A stretch of 64,000 bases of DNA from Tubulanus polymorphus (lineage: Eukaryota; Animalia; Nemertea): positions 3,682,175 to 3,746,174 of the forward strand of contig NC_134032.1 of NCBI RefSeq assembly GCF_964204645.1, read 5' to 3'. Each line of letters begins with the position of its first letter. Within the stretch, counting starts at the first letter, position 1. Below, piece after piece: positions 34,311 to 48,209 of the stretch. The notes beneath the pieces were generated by a model, which saw nothing but the letters and a program-made list of their open reading frames with translations, ran no database searches and was not told where the DNA came from. Both the position numbers and the translations under genes were made by a program.

Positions 34311-37300
34311 ATGGAATCGAAAATCGATTCATTGACGCTCATTAAACGGGTAGATACAGACTTCATACCCAGCCTGGTGACGTCAATACCCGGTGAACAC
34401 GAGGGTGAACAGTCACGTGTTATATGTGCGGACTGGGGCTCCACTGATTATATATATAGTGTGAATGGTGATAATATACAGAGATACATAAAGATTGATG
34501 GTTTGATACAAGGACTCGATACTGATAGTAACGGGTTTCTGTTTGTGGTCGTGGAGAAAAACAGTGAATACATCCTGAGAAAATATAAAAATAAGAGAAA
34601 ACTCCTCGAAGAAAATATCACTGATCTCCTGCCTGGAGACTGTGGATCCTTAGTAATCCGTGATCACAATATCTTTACACAGACAGGAGATAGAGACATT
34701 CATGTTTTACCTTTACGAGAAAACCCTGTAAACAGATTGATTGATAGAATCCGAGTGAAGGAGCATCAGCTCCCGGATGGAGTTTACAAATATATCAACA
34801 GTTTCGATGTCGACACGCGGGGACGTATATTTATCTACTGTATGCGTGAACACAGCTTATTGTATCTAACACAAGAAGCAAAACGGATGCGTTTTATTAC
34901 TATGCACGATTGCGGACTGACATTTGATCCACTTGCAGGATTCCCGTGTGTTATTAATGATAATCAAGTATTGCTATCGGTAAACTCTAATACTGGTTAC
35001 AGAGTTGCTGTTATTAGTATCAGATATAATGATGAGGGGTTTATAGATCACCCGCGTATAATACTGAACTCTACAGACAGTGTGACATTTAACATACATC
35101 ACGTGTGTAACAGTAACGCTGTAGCTATCCGTCACTGGGATAACAGCAATAATCAGTCCTCACTGAGATTCTACAATATAGACACTGTGGAACCAGCTCC
35201 AGATGTCAGAGGGAATGTGTGTGAATCGGGTGGAATAGATCAATACAATATGAATCATGAACACAGAGGCCTCGCTCTTATTATATCAAATAAGGTATTT
35301 GACACCAGCAAAAATCGGATTGGCACCGAGTTTGATGTGGAGTCTTTACGCGAGGTGTTAAGTGATTTAGGCTTCGAAGTTGTCGTCCGTAAGAATTTGA
35401 CTGCGAAGGAAATGAAATCGAAAATGCGTGAAGGCAAGTATAAGAAAGAGTTTTATTATTTCAACTTTCAGCGAGTCCACAATTAGGCTAGATCAGTAGC
35501 TAGTAGGTCAGACGCGTAGAGTCGGACCCCGGTCAAAAATGGTTCCTAGAATGAACGAGAGGTTTCCAATTGGACCCATCAGTTTGTCAACATGAATTGG
35601 GGTTTGGCTAATACACAGCACTGCGGTGTATTAGTCCACCTGTATCCACCCTGACTATTACTCCTCAATCCACCTGTATCCACCCTGACTATTACTCCTC
35701 AAGCTACCCGTATCCACCCTGACTATTACTCCTCAAGCTACCCGTATCCACCCTGACTATTACTCCTCAATCCACCTGTATCCACCCTGACTATTACTCC
35801 TCAATCCACCTGTATCCACCCTGACTATTACTCCTCAATCCACCTGTATCCACCCTGACTATTACTCCTCAATCCACCTGTATCCACCCTGACTATTACT
35901 CCTCAATCCACCCGTATCCACCCTGACTATTACTCCTCAAGCTACCCGTATCCACCCTGACTATTACTCCTCAATCCACCCGCATCCACCCTGACTATTA
36001 CTCCTCAATCCACCTGTATCCACCCTGACTATTACTCCTCAATCCACCCGTATCCACCCTGACTTACTCCTCAATCCACCTGTATCCACCCTGACTATTA
36101 CTCCTCAATCCACCGGTATCCACCCTGACTATTACTCCTCAATCCACCGGTTTCCACCCTGACTATTACTCCTCAATCCACCTGTATCCACCCTGTCTAT
36201 TACTCCTCAATCCACCTGTATCCACCCTGACTATTACTCCTCAAGCCGCCCGTATCCACCCTGACTATTACTCCTCAAGCCACCTGTATCCACCCTGACT
36301 ATTACTCCTCAATCCACCTGTATCCACCCTGACTTTTGCTCCTCAAGCTACCCATATCCACCCTGACTATTACTCCTCAATCCACCGGTATCCACCCTGA
36401 CTATTACTCCTCAATCCACCTGTATCCACCCTGTCTATTACTCCTCAATCCACCTGTATCCACCCTGACTATTACTCCTCAATCCACCTGTATCCACCCT
36501 ATTACTCCTCAATCCACCGGTATCCACCCTGACTATTACTCCTCAATCCACCTGTATCCACCCTGTCTATTACTCCTCAATCCACCTGTATCCACCCTGA
36601 CTATTACTCCTCAATCCACCTGTATCCACCCTATTACTCCTCGATCCACCTGTATCCACCCTGACAATTACTTGACGAGAAATAGACAGTGTGGATAAAG
36701 TGGACCGTGGTATTCTTGGATCGCTCGTTCAAAGGATATACCGTATCGTGACCTGTTCACATTATAATTCTAATGCCAAATTTCAATTAACTGATTTAAA
36801 CACTGTACAATTTTTCAGCTGCCGCAGATCCTATACATCGTGAATCAGATGCCTTTGTTTGTGCGATACTTAGTCACGGAGAAAAGGGTGACAAGGTTAT
36901 GGGAAAAGATTGTAACACTGTTCGTGTTGAGGAACTTATCGAACCATTCAAAGGCAATGCGTGTGAAGCTTTAGCCGGAAAACCAAAACTATTCTTTATT
37001 CAGGTAAACAATATTCAGGAAGTTACGATGGCTCGCTACGATTCCTTGTGTCCTCGATAACTCCAAAAATGAATTTCAGCTAACAATCCCAAAAATCCTT
37101 GAAAATTCCTTGAATGTTAAGAAGTTGGCAATTAGAAAACTTTTAGCCCACTAAAAATTTAGTCACTTGACCAGGACACCTCGCTGCAACTTGCAATTTA
37201 CGTGACACAATAGTCTCATTGATACCACTGCCACCTAACATAATGCTATCTCTATCTAAGGTTGTTTCGTGGAAAGGTCAATAAATACGAACTAATTGTG

Positions 37301-39247
37301 TCTAACAGGTTGTGTGGGGAATATCATATCTTACTAAGTCTCCACTGTCCCCTTGCGTATGTGATACCTAAACTATTCAAGAGCACCATACTTTGATTTT
37401 TGGTAATATTTTGATTGACAGGCTTGTCGGGGTGATGGAACAGATGGAGGTGTAGTCGCTGATTCTATGACAATAGATGCTAATGAAGGTTTGAGAATTC
37501 CGAATGAAGCTGATGTCCTGATCGCCTACGCAACGATTCCAGGTAAGAATTATGCACCTGCTTCAGATTGGTGAAAAACCTACTAAATCCGCGTGTTTTT
37601 AAATTCTTAGGCGAGGATTTTAAACTATATTGCGTTCACTTTTGATCCATCCGATTGTTTGAGCATGCGGAATCCAGTTATATTCGTTTATTTAGAAGAC
37701 ACTTCAATGCATTGTCTTGATATTCCTAGACACATCTTCAGCCCCAAAACTGGCCCGATCAGAATCAAGATGGCCGTTTGACAGCCATTGTTGTTCGCTA
37801 AAATCAGCGCTTTTTACACTTTTGATATTTTGAAGATGCTTCAATCAATTATTCTAACTATGTTTTTTAGTGTTGCATGCGTGCTTAGTGGCATTCCGTA
37901 TTTTAGTCTAAAATCGTTATTTGGTGAACAAATGCCTAATCCTTTTTTTTCCGGGTGTGACGGAACGAGGATACCTGAAGGGACGTACTGATTCTTGATC
38001 GCCTTTAGTATATTTCCGCCGGTGTTGTCTGACATTTAATAATTTTAGGTTTAGAATATAATGATGTACGGTACATACAAATAATCTGCATATTCAGATG
38101 GACCTTTTTATCCAATCAGAATTCAACATTTCATTTGGAAGCTAATAGAATTTGATGAATTCTTTGTAAAATGAAGCAGAAAATATATATAACAATCATA
38201 ATCAACATTATAACCATAACAATCTACGGAATTACAATAGGGTTTTCTGCCGTCAGCTGGTTTACGTGTGTAACTTAGAAAAATACTGGAAAGATTTCTG
38301 GAAATATTACAGCTAGGTGCTGGCAACACTGCTCCCTCCATGTATTATAGAAATGGTTTGAGTGTAAAATCCCTATCCTTTTCCTAGTGTTTGAGGCTAG
38401 CGCAGGAATTTTGGAAGTTGGCAGCTGAGCTCATTTCAATTTCATTACAACTCCACTGCGACAAGCTAGTTCAGTAGACTTCGCTAAGTCGAATGTTTTG
38501 GGAATGCCTGCTTTGAGTGATACCTGAGTCGGGTGTTATGTATTTCTTGTAAAAGTATCACAAAAAATATTATAAAAAAATGAAAACATTCGAGTTAAAC
38601 GGTGTAACGATTTCATGCCCGGCAATCAACAATTGGACGATTATCATGGATTGTATCAGAGCTCTTTATTCAACATGACTGTACGCAATGGCTGCAATAC
38701 CGGAAGAGGCTGCAGTACTCGAGAACCACGAGTTTTTGATAACCACGGGGACCGTATCCTAATACATAATAGAACATGTTACTCATAATATTTCAAACGG
38801 TTACAGAGTTGATCAGATTCGATTTTGATTGAGTCTACTGTACATAGTCAATATTTTTATCAAAACTCTTTGGGGTCTACTTTTGCTTTTTCCACATTGT
38901 CAGATGCAAAGACTAAAAACCATTAACATCATTTTCATTAGGAAGATCTATAAATAGGTTTATATATACCCTCACGGCCCCTACTTCTTTGTTAAGCACA
39001 ATTTTTCGTTTTTTCCACAGGTTACGTTGCATGGAGGAATGAAGAGGAAGGATCATGGTATATACAAACCCTGTGTGAAGTTTTGAAGGAACGTTCTCGT
39101 TCGTTGGACCTGGTAAAAATGTTGACACTAGTCGGGGATAAAGTCGCGGCAAAAGTCAACAAAAAGGAAAATAACGAATACAAACAAATGCCGTGTGTCG
39201 TAACCACATTAAGGAAAGATTTGTATTTTACTCGTAAATCTGAATGA
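34311..39247 (+). CDS. Caspase-3/7-like cysteine protease with ~295-aa N-terminal beta-propeller-like domain; exons 34311-35433, 36819-37003, 37422-37542, 39021-39247 (551 aa)
   Basis: YNMNHEHRGLALIISN, RIGTEFD, ILSHG, KPKLFFIQ|ACRG, IPNEADVLIAYAT, GYVAWRN..GSWYIQ, KQMPC, LRKDLYF; exon phases sum in frame (1656 nt). Confidence 0.92.
35635..36664. repeat. 34-bp minisatellite (TCCACCTGTATCCACCCTGACTATTACTCCTCAA), ~30 copies, in caspase intron 1
   Basis: Direct tandem repeats visible. Confidence 0.95.
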
Positions 39248-40876
39248 TGAAATGATGAACCACCTTAGGATCCAAAATTTCAACATCAACGTTAATAAAA
39301 ATGAAGAGACCATAAAACGCTACATGTCTGATATAAAGGGTTCTAATAGATCAGGAAATTCCAGAGGGCGTTGAACAGAGTCCCTACGACTCCTTTATTC
39401 CTTGAATACTTCTAAACAATTACATTTTTGAATATCCTTGAATTTGAGCAAAATGTCTAGAAAACTCCAAAATACGGCTTCGGCCTTTGACACACACCAT
39501 CTTTCGTCAGCTCATTGTAGTTAGTATGAATGATACAAAGTGTGTGCTGAGATTCTGTTGTACCTCTTGAACAAAAGAATTGTGTTCGAGATTTGAAATT
39601 CTATCCTTGTCAATTGCAATATCATTGCTGATGATAAATTCTGATTCATTACTGTAGCTGTGCATGAAGGAGTGATGAATATTGAAATGATCAGATTTTC
39701 AAGTATTTTCCCCAGGCGATCATGGTATCCCTGGAACCCTAGTTCAATCAGTCAATTGTCTTCTGATCGGCAGCCAGTTTCTCTATTTGTAGAGGCTTCC
39801 CTCAAAAAACCCTTAAATTCAAAAATCCATTTTTGAGGATACAAAATCTGAGTTTTGTAGCCCTTGGCCCCTCAAAATCCCCTCAAATTCTGAAAATTGT
39901 GTCTCAGAGAATTTTGTATCTCCTATTTTTAAAGGACCTTTCTGCATATATTATCTCAATGTACATCATGAATTGTAGTGAGACAGAATGATTAAATTGT
40001 GTTGTTTGATGATAATCACAGCAGTTGCTTTAATAACTGTGTACAAACTGGATTGGCATTTTATGCTGCATTGTCATAGTACATGTAGCTAGATTAGTTT
40101 AAAAAATTGTGTCATTAGTGCACTATTAGGCCTTGTTATCCTTCGCCTGTCCAGACTAACTTTTCCAATCATTTTGGAGGGCTCATTTGATTGCAAAGAA
40201 TCAATTAGACCTATTTATCCAGGAGTTTAGAAACAGTTACTCGAAGTTCGTAGTTGAGCTGAGTGTCAGACTTATTGTAACAAAATGCCGAAATCAAATG
40301 TTCAGTTTGTGACAGAAAGTTTTCTGGTACCTTATCATCGAAAGAAGGCTCTTCAGTCGTGATCAGCCTCCTACCCTAGACGAGTTATTTCACTAAAAAA
40401 TCAAAGTCAACAATTTAAATTAGTATCGCATATAGTCAAATTTAATGAGGTTATTCATAAGCGCCTAAATGTATTTTGCTTCTGTTTAATGTATCAATTA
40501 GGTTTTCGTCCTGAAAAATTACTCTCAAATTTGGCGATCTTACCCTCAAAAGCCTCCCAAAAATACCTCTCAAATTTCGTATTTGATGGTCCTCTAGGAA
40601 CCCTGTTTAATTTGTAGTCTTTAAATTTGATAATTGTTCCACTGTCTTAGGATTACAATTAGGAATCGCCAAATTTCTAGTTTTGTTTTCATCACCGGAG
40701 GGAGTTGAGAATTGAATTTTCTACAACTAACCTACCAGTGAATTATATTGGACATATATATTTTTATTTATCACCGCAATTAATTGCAAACCTTACAGCT
40801 CCTATGATCAATGTGAGTTTTCAAAGTCGTTAGTTTCATTACTGTTCACCGGGAGGCATCGAATATGCCAGATTGA

Positions 40877-41128
40877 CAGGGCGGATCTGGGTTGCGGTTC
40901 CGAGGGTTCTGGGATACCCTTCATCTGTGCCCCTTGGAGATGCCCCTAAAGTCAAGGATTTGACGTAAATATGCCCTCGTTAGGCATAGTGCCCCTGAAA
41001 ACCACAAGTTTGATGTTAAGCGCCCCTGTTTTGCCATGATTTGACATAGAAAGTGCCATCCCCCATAATAGTGAGCGCCCTCATATAATTCAGAACCCCC
41101 TCGAGATTGGGCCCTGGATCCGCCCCTG
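40877..41128. mobile_element. hAT-like MITE
   Basis: Termini CAGGGCGGATC...GGATCCGCCCCTG. Confidence 0.55.
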
Positions 41129-41358
41129 ATTGTTGACTATTTCGCAACATTTCCCTCATGGGCAATGTGTCCCTGGACACCTACTTCATAAGTAAAATGT
41201 GTTTGTAAATATACAGAAATCGCTACTATTTTAAATTGTATTGATACCAATGATGTTCAATGTGAGTTATTCGTGTCAAATCTAAATAAATGAAAAATTT
41301 CTATGATTAAAAATTTTCTGATAAAATTTATGCAATGAAACAAAAAGCGAGTAATATT

Positions 41359-41583
41359 TAGGCTAAGAAAAATTGATACCTTGTTTCTCATTTTCTGCTG
41401 AGCTTAAAAAGTTGACCCGGCCCTTCCACCTATGTACCCTGTAAATTTCATTTAAATTGTAATCCTGATCAAGTTAACAATAAAAACAGACTCGACAATA
41501 TTGAAATCATCTGAAAAAAAAAATATTGCAGTTTTCAAAAGCGACCCGGCCGATTAGGAGAAACGAGGTATTGTTTTGCCTAA
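41359..41583. mobile_element. MITE with TAGGC..GCCTAA TIRs (inverted relative at ~46307-46514)
   Basis: GGCTAAGAAAAATTGATACCTTGTTTCTC / GAGAAACGAGGTATTGTTTTGCC termini; second copy in the window. Confidence 0.55.
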
Positions 41584-42094
41584 GCATATATTATATTTTT
41601 ATTTCTAGTTATTAATATAAGTATTATACTGAAGAGTTATATCTGTACATAAAATATCAAAATACGGTGCTTTCATGATTTACGGTGCTATACTCACGAT
41701 TTATTCCGATCAGATAGTGGGTTCTTATCTTATTGACATTATTAAATGTGTAGAATTTAGACGCCGCCCACGAGCAGCAAGACGCGCCCAGGAAAGAGAG
41801 CTGGGGAGGATTTGAACCCATTTATCTGACGAAGCTACTATCGACTAGTGCTGCCGCCCTTGTCACTTTTCCAAAAAGGACTGATGAGAAACAATGGTAT
41901 TTCTTTGCGTGGCTTAAAGCTATGATGAAATTGTATGTACATCCGTAGTGTTTATAACCTATTAAGAGTTTAAAGACATGTTTCTATTTTCGATATTATG
42001 ATAATCTCGATTTTAATATCTTTATTCGTATCGATAAAACAGATTAAAAGATATACATAGAATAAAAGCAAAACACATTTTTGAGTAATATATG

Positions 42095-42097
<3 letters not shown>

Positions 42098-42181
<84 letters not shown>
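42098..42181. repeat. (TA)n microsatellite
   Basis: Direct inspection. Confidence 0.98.
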
Positions 42182-42184
<3 letters not shown>

Positions 42185-42244
42185 TAAACTGTCATATTTA
42201 AAACTATATTTGTTTGTTCACTCATTCAATGGAAGTATAGTTCA

Positions 42245-42503
42245 AACCCTGTGGACTGGCGGCCCTAATACAATTAACACTGATGACTGGTGGCTGGAAT
42301 ACAATCTATAACACTGTGGACTGGTGGCCCAAATACAATCTATAACCCTGTGGACTGGTGGCCCAAATACAATCTATAACCCTGTGGACTGGCGGCCTTA
42401 ATACAATTAACTCTGAGAACTGGTGGCTGGAATACAATGACCGGAATACAATCTATAAAACTGAGGACTGGTGACCGGAATACAATCTATAAAACTGAGG
42501 ACT
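42245..42503. repeat. ~33-bp degenerate tandem repeat (AATACAATCTATAACCCTGTGGACTGGTGGCCC)
   Basis: About 8 diverged units. Confidence 0.85.
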
Positions 42504-43754
42504 GATATTAATCTTCGTCTTACTATTTGCTGAGCGCAATTTTTCCATGATACAAAATTAGAAATGAAAACCTTTCTCTAACAGATCACGTTTTAATACC
42601 TTTCGTAGAACTGTCTAGTTTCATTTGTACTCTAATGGTAAAATGCATCATCTAATATTTGTTTTTAGGACTAGGCAGATTCTCTTCTCATTGGTGCAAA
42701 TACAACCCGAATTCATCGTCTGCAGTTAGTCCGAAACAACGCAGCTCGCCTTATCATAAAAACTAAAAAATGTGTCCATGTTACTGCAGCTTTGGTAACG
42801 CTTCATTGGCTTCTAATTTCCGCCAGTGTTCATTTCAAAATTCTTCTTCTTATAAGTGTTTGCATGGTTTGTTATCTTTTATCTGCTCTTGTTTATCTTA
42901 TGTTATAGCGTGCAGTTTATAAGCCTTAATTACGGGCTCTTCGTTCTAGTCAGGATAGCACCCGTCTAATTAATTACCTCCTGTCTCAAACCGTTCTTTT
43001 GGCGACTGTGCTTTTAATATCTGTGTCCCACGCTTGTAAATGCTCTTCCGGCAAACATACAACGAAGGTCCCACGGTTGAATCTTTTAAATATCGTGTTA
43101 AAACGTACCATTTTTAGAAATATTAATGTTTTTATTTATAAGTGTAAAATTTTTAAGTTCACTGCAAATGTTTTTGTAGTATAAAGCATTTAGAATATGG
43201 TTTTAGTTGAGCGCGAAATTGATAAGAAATGAAATCACCACTCTCGAAACAAAGTCTGAAGTTCCCCATTGTGCTTTAATGTCAAATTTAACAAATTAAT
43301 TGAACCTTGTTCTATTGGTCCGATAAATGTCTTTAAATGGCAGTAAAAAACGGCGGATAACAATCTTCAAACACATTTTAAACGGACAAGTAGCTACTAG
43401 TTGGTCGGATATCAAACAGGTAATATCTAGAGGATAGACACTGTAAATCACGCTGTTGAAAGCACATTATCGGTGACCTTTGATAAACGTACGACGTCTA
43501 AAACTGCAGTTTAACAGTCTGAAGGTCCTGATTTACCTGATAACGCGCTCAGATTTGTTTGACAATGCCCTTACAAAATAAAAATATCGGTCAACCGAAT
43601 ACCTACAGAAGCCTGTGAACAGAAAAACCTCAACATTTTCATCAAGCGGATCTACTTCGGTAAACAAGCCTCCTGCAGTACTCCCGGCCCGAACAAATTT
43701 CCGGTCAACCAAATTTCATTCGATATTCTCGATACATTTACCGAAGACATTCCT

Positions 43755-44120
43755 GAAATTTACACCGACGGCTTATGTATTAGAAACGGGGAATCAAAGC
43801 CGGTTTTGGTATTGATCGGGGCCGCAAAACTCTCAACTCAAACGGACCCGTTTTTTGTCCTACAAATAACAGAGGGGAACTTACCGCTGTTATCATCGCC
43901 CTCTACAGGCAACAGGGGCCAGTTGCTCAAACTCGGGTTACGGCGAAATACGTCATACTCGGTCTTACTTCATAGTGGATCCACTCATGGAAAACCGTGA
44001 CCTTTGGAAACTTCTGCATAAGCTGTCGCAAAACATCACCTTCAACTTTCAACATGTCAGGGGACACTAAGGGGTATTAGGGAATGAGATAGTGGACCAA
44101 CTCGCCTAACTTGGGGCGTC
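43755..44120 (+). pseudogene. Degenerate RNase H1-like domain (retroelement relic)
   Basis: EIYTDG, TNNRGELTAVIIAL, ENRDLWKLL, QHVRGH*GVLGNEIVDQLA with stops and frameshifts. Confidence 0.75.
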
Positions 44121-44467
44121 CTTAAATCTATAAGTTACTTGTCTGTAAGTGCTCAAGTCACTTTTCCCATTTGGTTTTGCCTGCGAATAGTCGTTGCGTC
44201 ATAGTTGATGTCCTATACAGACCTCGTTTAGACTTGTATATAGTGTAAATATCTTAGTCACGAGTTTGGGAATGCTGTTGTTTGTGAGAGGTTTAGACGA
44301 AAAGACCCTCCACCAATTTCTTGCACTTGCTGCACTGTATTGGGTCCCCTCAAACTTGCGGCGGTACTGTATGTACTGTATCAGGTAACACCTACGAGTT
44401 TGTTTGTCGTATAGGCGCTTAATCTGGCTGACAGGTTCAAAGTTTGTGGCAAGCGAGTATTACGTTA

Positions 44468-44691
44468 TAGAACGATTACCACACTCAAACGTGGTGAACG
44501 GATAATAAGATAAAATCCCACTATTTACAGATTAAAAAGAATTTAAAAACCAGAATTGACGACCGTCACCTGACGATGATCTCTAGGGTGAGATCGAAAC
44601 GTCGTGTCTTTTATATATTTTTGATTGAATAGATAAATTCTGGTTTTTAAATTCTTTTAATCTGTAATAGTGGGATTTTATCTTATTATCT
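44468..44691 (+). mobile_element. Miniature Penelope-derived insertion: inverted repeat around a hammerhead, 13-bp TSD GAGTATTACGTTA
   Basis: TSD at 44455-44467 and 44692-44704; inverted arms 44501-44557 / 44636-44690. Confidence 0.7.
44567..44606 (+). ncRNA. Minimal type I hammerhead ribozyme
   Basis: CAC-CTGACGA-T-GATCTC-TAGGGT-GAGATC-GAAA-C-GTC-GTG: full core, 6-bp stem II, palindromic stem III, GUC cleavage triplet. Confidence 0.8.
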
Positions 44692-47169
44692 GAGTATTAC
44701 GTTAGTTCGCGTTTTCCCCGCTGTCGTTATTTGGGGGGGGGGGCAGCACCAGACAGTCAAGATCTGAGGCGGATGTGAGAACGAGTTTCATAGTGAATCA
44801 CCGTTCACAACATTTAACATGAATTCTACCTAGATCAGAGCGAAATTAAATAAAGTGAATTAATTAACACACGAGATCGTGATATTAGAGTTAATTTAAA
44901 TACATTTGAAGGATTGAAGTTGCGTTTACTGATCTACGGGAAAAGATATGATCGAAACCAGTAGATCAAAACTCGCGGCTCGAAAGTAAGGACCGGCGAA
45001 CAGTCTAATTCTATAGAGACCGGTAACCAGTCTAGAACTTCATCGGATGGGTTAGGCAACCAGTCGGAAATGGATGGCGCCGATTTGTTTTGTTTCTGTG
45101 TCGCTGCGCATAAAATCATGATTTTCAGATAAAAACTGCCGACTAAAGACCGCTCGCTTCGGCGTAAGACAAGGAACAAGTCGAAGCAACAGCGACATGT
45201 AAAAACATCAGCATTTTCCCCGTCAATTTTGCAAAAAAGACGCTTTTTATCCACTATTTTAATGTCCAGTGTAGTCTGTGTTCAAATCGCCACGTGTACA
45301 TATAGACTATTCGTAGAACTGTCAGAGCCGCTGACTCCTGTTGAATCCGCTAGGTGTCACTAGTAATATTGCGTCATCGTTTATATAGTGATGATAAAAT
45401 AAACGATAGATTTTTATTTTCTAGACTAATTGCTGGTCTCTGTTCTAGCCTCTGTAAAAAATTCAGATAGCTCCAATCTTGGTACCGAAATAAAACTAGT
45501 CAGAACAGGGTGGGCTCGAAAAACGATATGCTTTTCACATTTTTGAATTATCTTCGGTAGTTTTCGAGAAATCGCGATCTGAAGTTTGAACATTTCGGCG
45601 AAAAAAAGTGTCGACTTCACGTTTCAATACAATGATCTTAAGAAGGCAATATTTCATAGAAACAAACTTCAATATCTCCTGAACTCGTGGAGATAGATTA
45701 AAAATGTAAAGATCATTACACTCGTAGCACTCGCGGTCAAAATTGAGGTTAGATCGCAAATTAATTTAAATTACGATGATAAATACCATTTTATCTGTTA
45801 TCAATTTCATAAAGAGAATAGCTGAAAATCAAACTTGGCCTCTTAAATTCAAAATAGCATCTTCATGACATTAATCAGTTTAGAAACATAAACCTGGCAA
45901 TAATATTAATACTAATAATAATAACTAAATGAAAATGCATTTGAGTTGTTTTAAGCTTAGTTTCATCAATGATTTATATTCCCTTCAAAGTTGCTACTTT
46001 TGGAAAATTCCCCTCGTGAGGCTCACTGTCCCATCACGCGCCTCTAGTTTTTCCTAAATTCATCCCATTAGACGCCTCTTTCTGCAGCAGCCGTTTTACT
46101 GATATTCACATTGCGGAAAATAACAAAATAAAATCATGCTGTCTTCAGTATTTAGATTTTAAGATCCTAAACCTTCTGATTGTCGATATGTGATCGTCCA
46201 TTAATACAGGTCTTTAGGTAGTAATTCATCCCGGTCAATTGCCTTTCTTATTAAAACAAGATTCCCCTTACTTTCGAATAAAATTACATGAATCGGTTTT
46301 TTTAGATAAGGCTAAACAAAAATGATACCTTGTTTCTCTGCAGCGGTCGGGTCATTTTTGTAAAATTTGTAAACAGTTCATTTCTATAGCGGCCGGATGG
46401 TAAAATCACAATTTCAAAAAAAAGTAATGTACAGGGTAGATAGGCGGCCAGCCGGGTCAACTTATCTGCTCAGCAGAGCAGAGAAACAAGGTATCAATTT
46501 TCCTTTTTAGCCTAACTTCAAAGATTTTTTACAATTCTAGTTTATTTATAATTTCAGTTAAGAATCATCTGACAACCGACCACAGCCAAATCATGTTAAT
46601 GAACCAATTCCACAATCGTCTGATGTTTCGATAATCCAATTCCACAATCATCTGACAATCGACCACAGCCAAATGATGTAGCTGATCCTATTACACTTCT
46701 GATACAACAGACAAATGATCTCAATACTGTTCACAATCGGCAAGCAATACAGAATGATCATCCTCCTCGGGGTGCTTCAGTTTAAAAGTTTTCTGACGGA
46801 GACACAGACAATAGCGGTGTAAGTGGTGAGTAAGTTGTTCATATTCCAAGGTTCAGAATGCTGGAAACGGCTTCTAGCAAATGAGGCTTTTAAAATTCGA
46901 AAAAGTCCCCGACCCTCTTAGGGGCTTCGAGGCTCCTGTGTGCCCCTGAAAAATGGCCTGTTTTCTGGGATTTGCCCTGGTTCCAGGAAAGCCGGAGACG
47001 TCAGTGTGATTGGTTCTAAACAATCTATTCGAATGTTATTCTTTTCACTGGCTTCGATAAAATATAATTTGTTCACAAATCAGACTAAGGTTAACTACAG
47101 TAGCTCTCTAACTCAGCTCCTAACAGAGCGTATTGATTGATTGATAGTAAAATAAATCTAAACAGTTGA

Positions 47170-47760
47170 ACTAAACTGATTCATTAAACACGGATTTGTT
47201 TCAAGGAACCGGGAAAGTAGGGCGTTCTTCTCGAGTTGTCTAATATATACTACTCGGGTCTGGTATCGCGAGTTGATGAGAATGTGTAATAATCGAGTTC
47301 ACGTTTAACCTTGCAGGAAGAAATTGATCTCGAGATGCGGAGCCTGCTGACGTGTGGCGTGTGAGAGGTAACTTACAGGATCTGTGACTCTCGGACAATT
47401 TGAATCAGTTGATTTTGATTTCTATTCGACTGTCGTCTGCTAATTTTGAGTTCTATTAGACTGTCGTCTGCTAATTTTGAGTTCTATTTGACTGTCGTCT
47501 GCTAATAATCGAGCCGGTTTTTGCGATCAATTATTTATAGGTCGTATGGAGCCTGATGCCGGGGTATCGAGAGACACAATATATAAGTCATGAATGAAAG
47601 ATGTTATGTCGTATACAGGAACTGATACTTCTAGATGTGGGAGTCATTCAACTCGGGCAGCGGTTGCTTCAGCTGTTGAAGCAGCTCGACGCGAACGCTT
47701 TCAGATGGTCGTACTGCGAAGACACGTTTGCACAGTTTTATAATAAGCCGATGATCGGAA
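47170..47760 (+). mobile_element. DIRS-type tyrosine-recombinase retrotransposon relic
   Basis: QLFIGRMEPDAGVSRDTI..KDVM..GTDTSRCGSHSTRAA..WSYCEDTFAQFYNKP resembles the DIRS YR C-terminus (HSTR, TF..FY). Confidence 0.65.
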
Positions 47761-48209
47761 CTTCTGAGAATACTCTGGCGAGGATCTGCACAACTGTAGT
47801 CGGTACAGGCTTTTTATTCATCGACGAAATGAATTTTTCATTTGAAATCTCGTAGAATTGCGTGTGAATTGTGGAAATGAGTAGAATTATACAATTGAAC
47901 AAGACTTACCCGTAAAATTCCACAATAAATGAATTGATACCTAAAGAGTTTATTTAGAATATTAGAAATATTGCATGTGTTTGCTAAGATCCTTCTTCGG
48001 TCTAGAAATATGCATTTTCAAACCGAAGAGACCCGAAATATTTCTGATAATTTAGATTAACTTTTAAGCTGTCGATTTATTTGTCATTGGATTCTACTCT
48101 TATTGATTAACCTCAGGTATTGCCTGATCTACAACTGAGACTTACCCGTATAAGGAGAAGTTTGATGGTAATTCTACGAATGACCACAAACACGAGGAAT
48201 GATACAAGC

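Noticed and set aside
36336-36698. 120-aa ORF in the caspase intron
   Set aside because: Translation of the 34-bp minisatellite.
46550-46830. Exon-like segment with SSDNRPQPN repeats and splice-like ends
   Set aside because: Contains a frameshift and a stop; no identifiable product.
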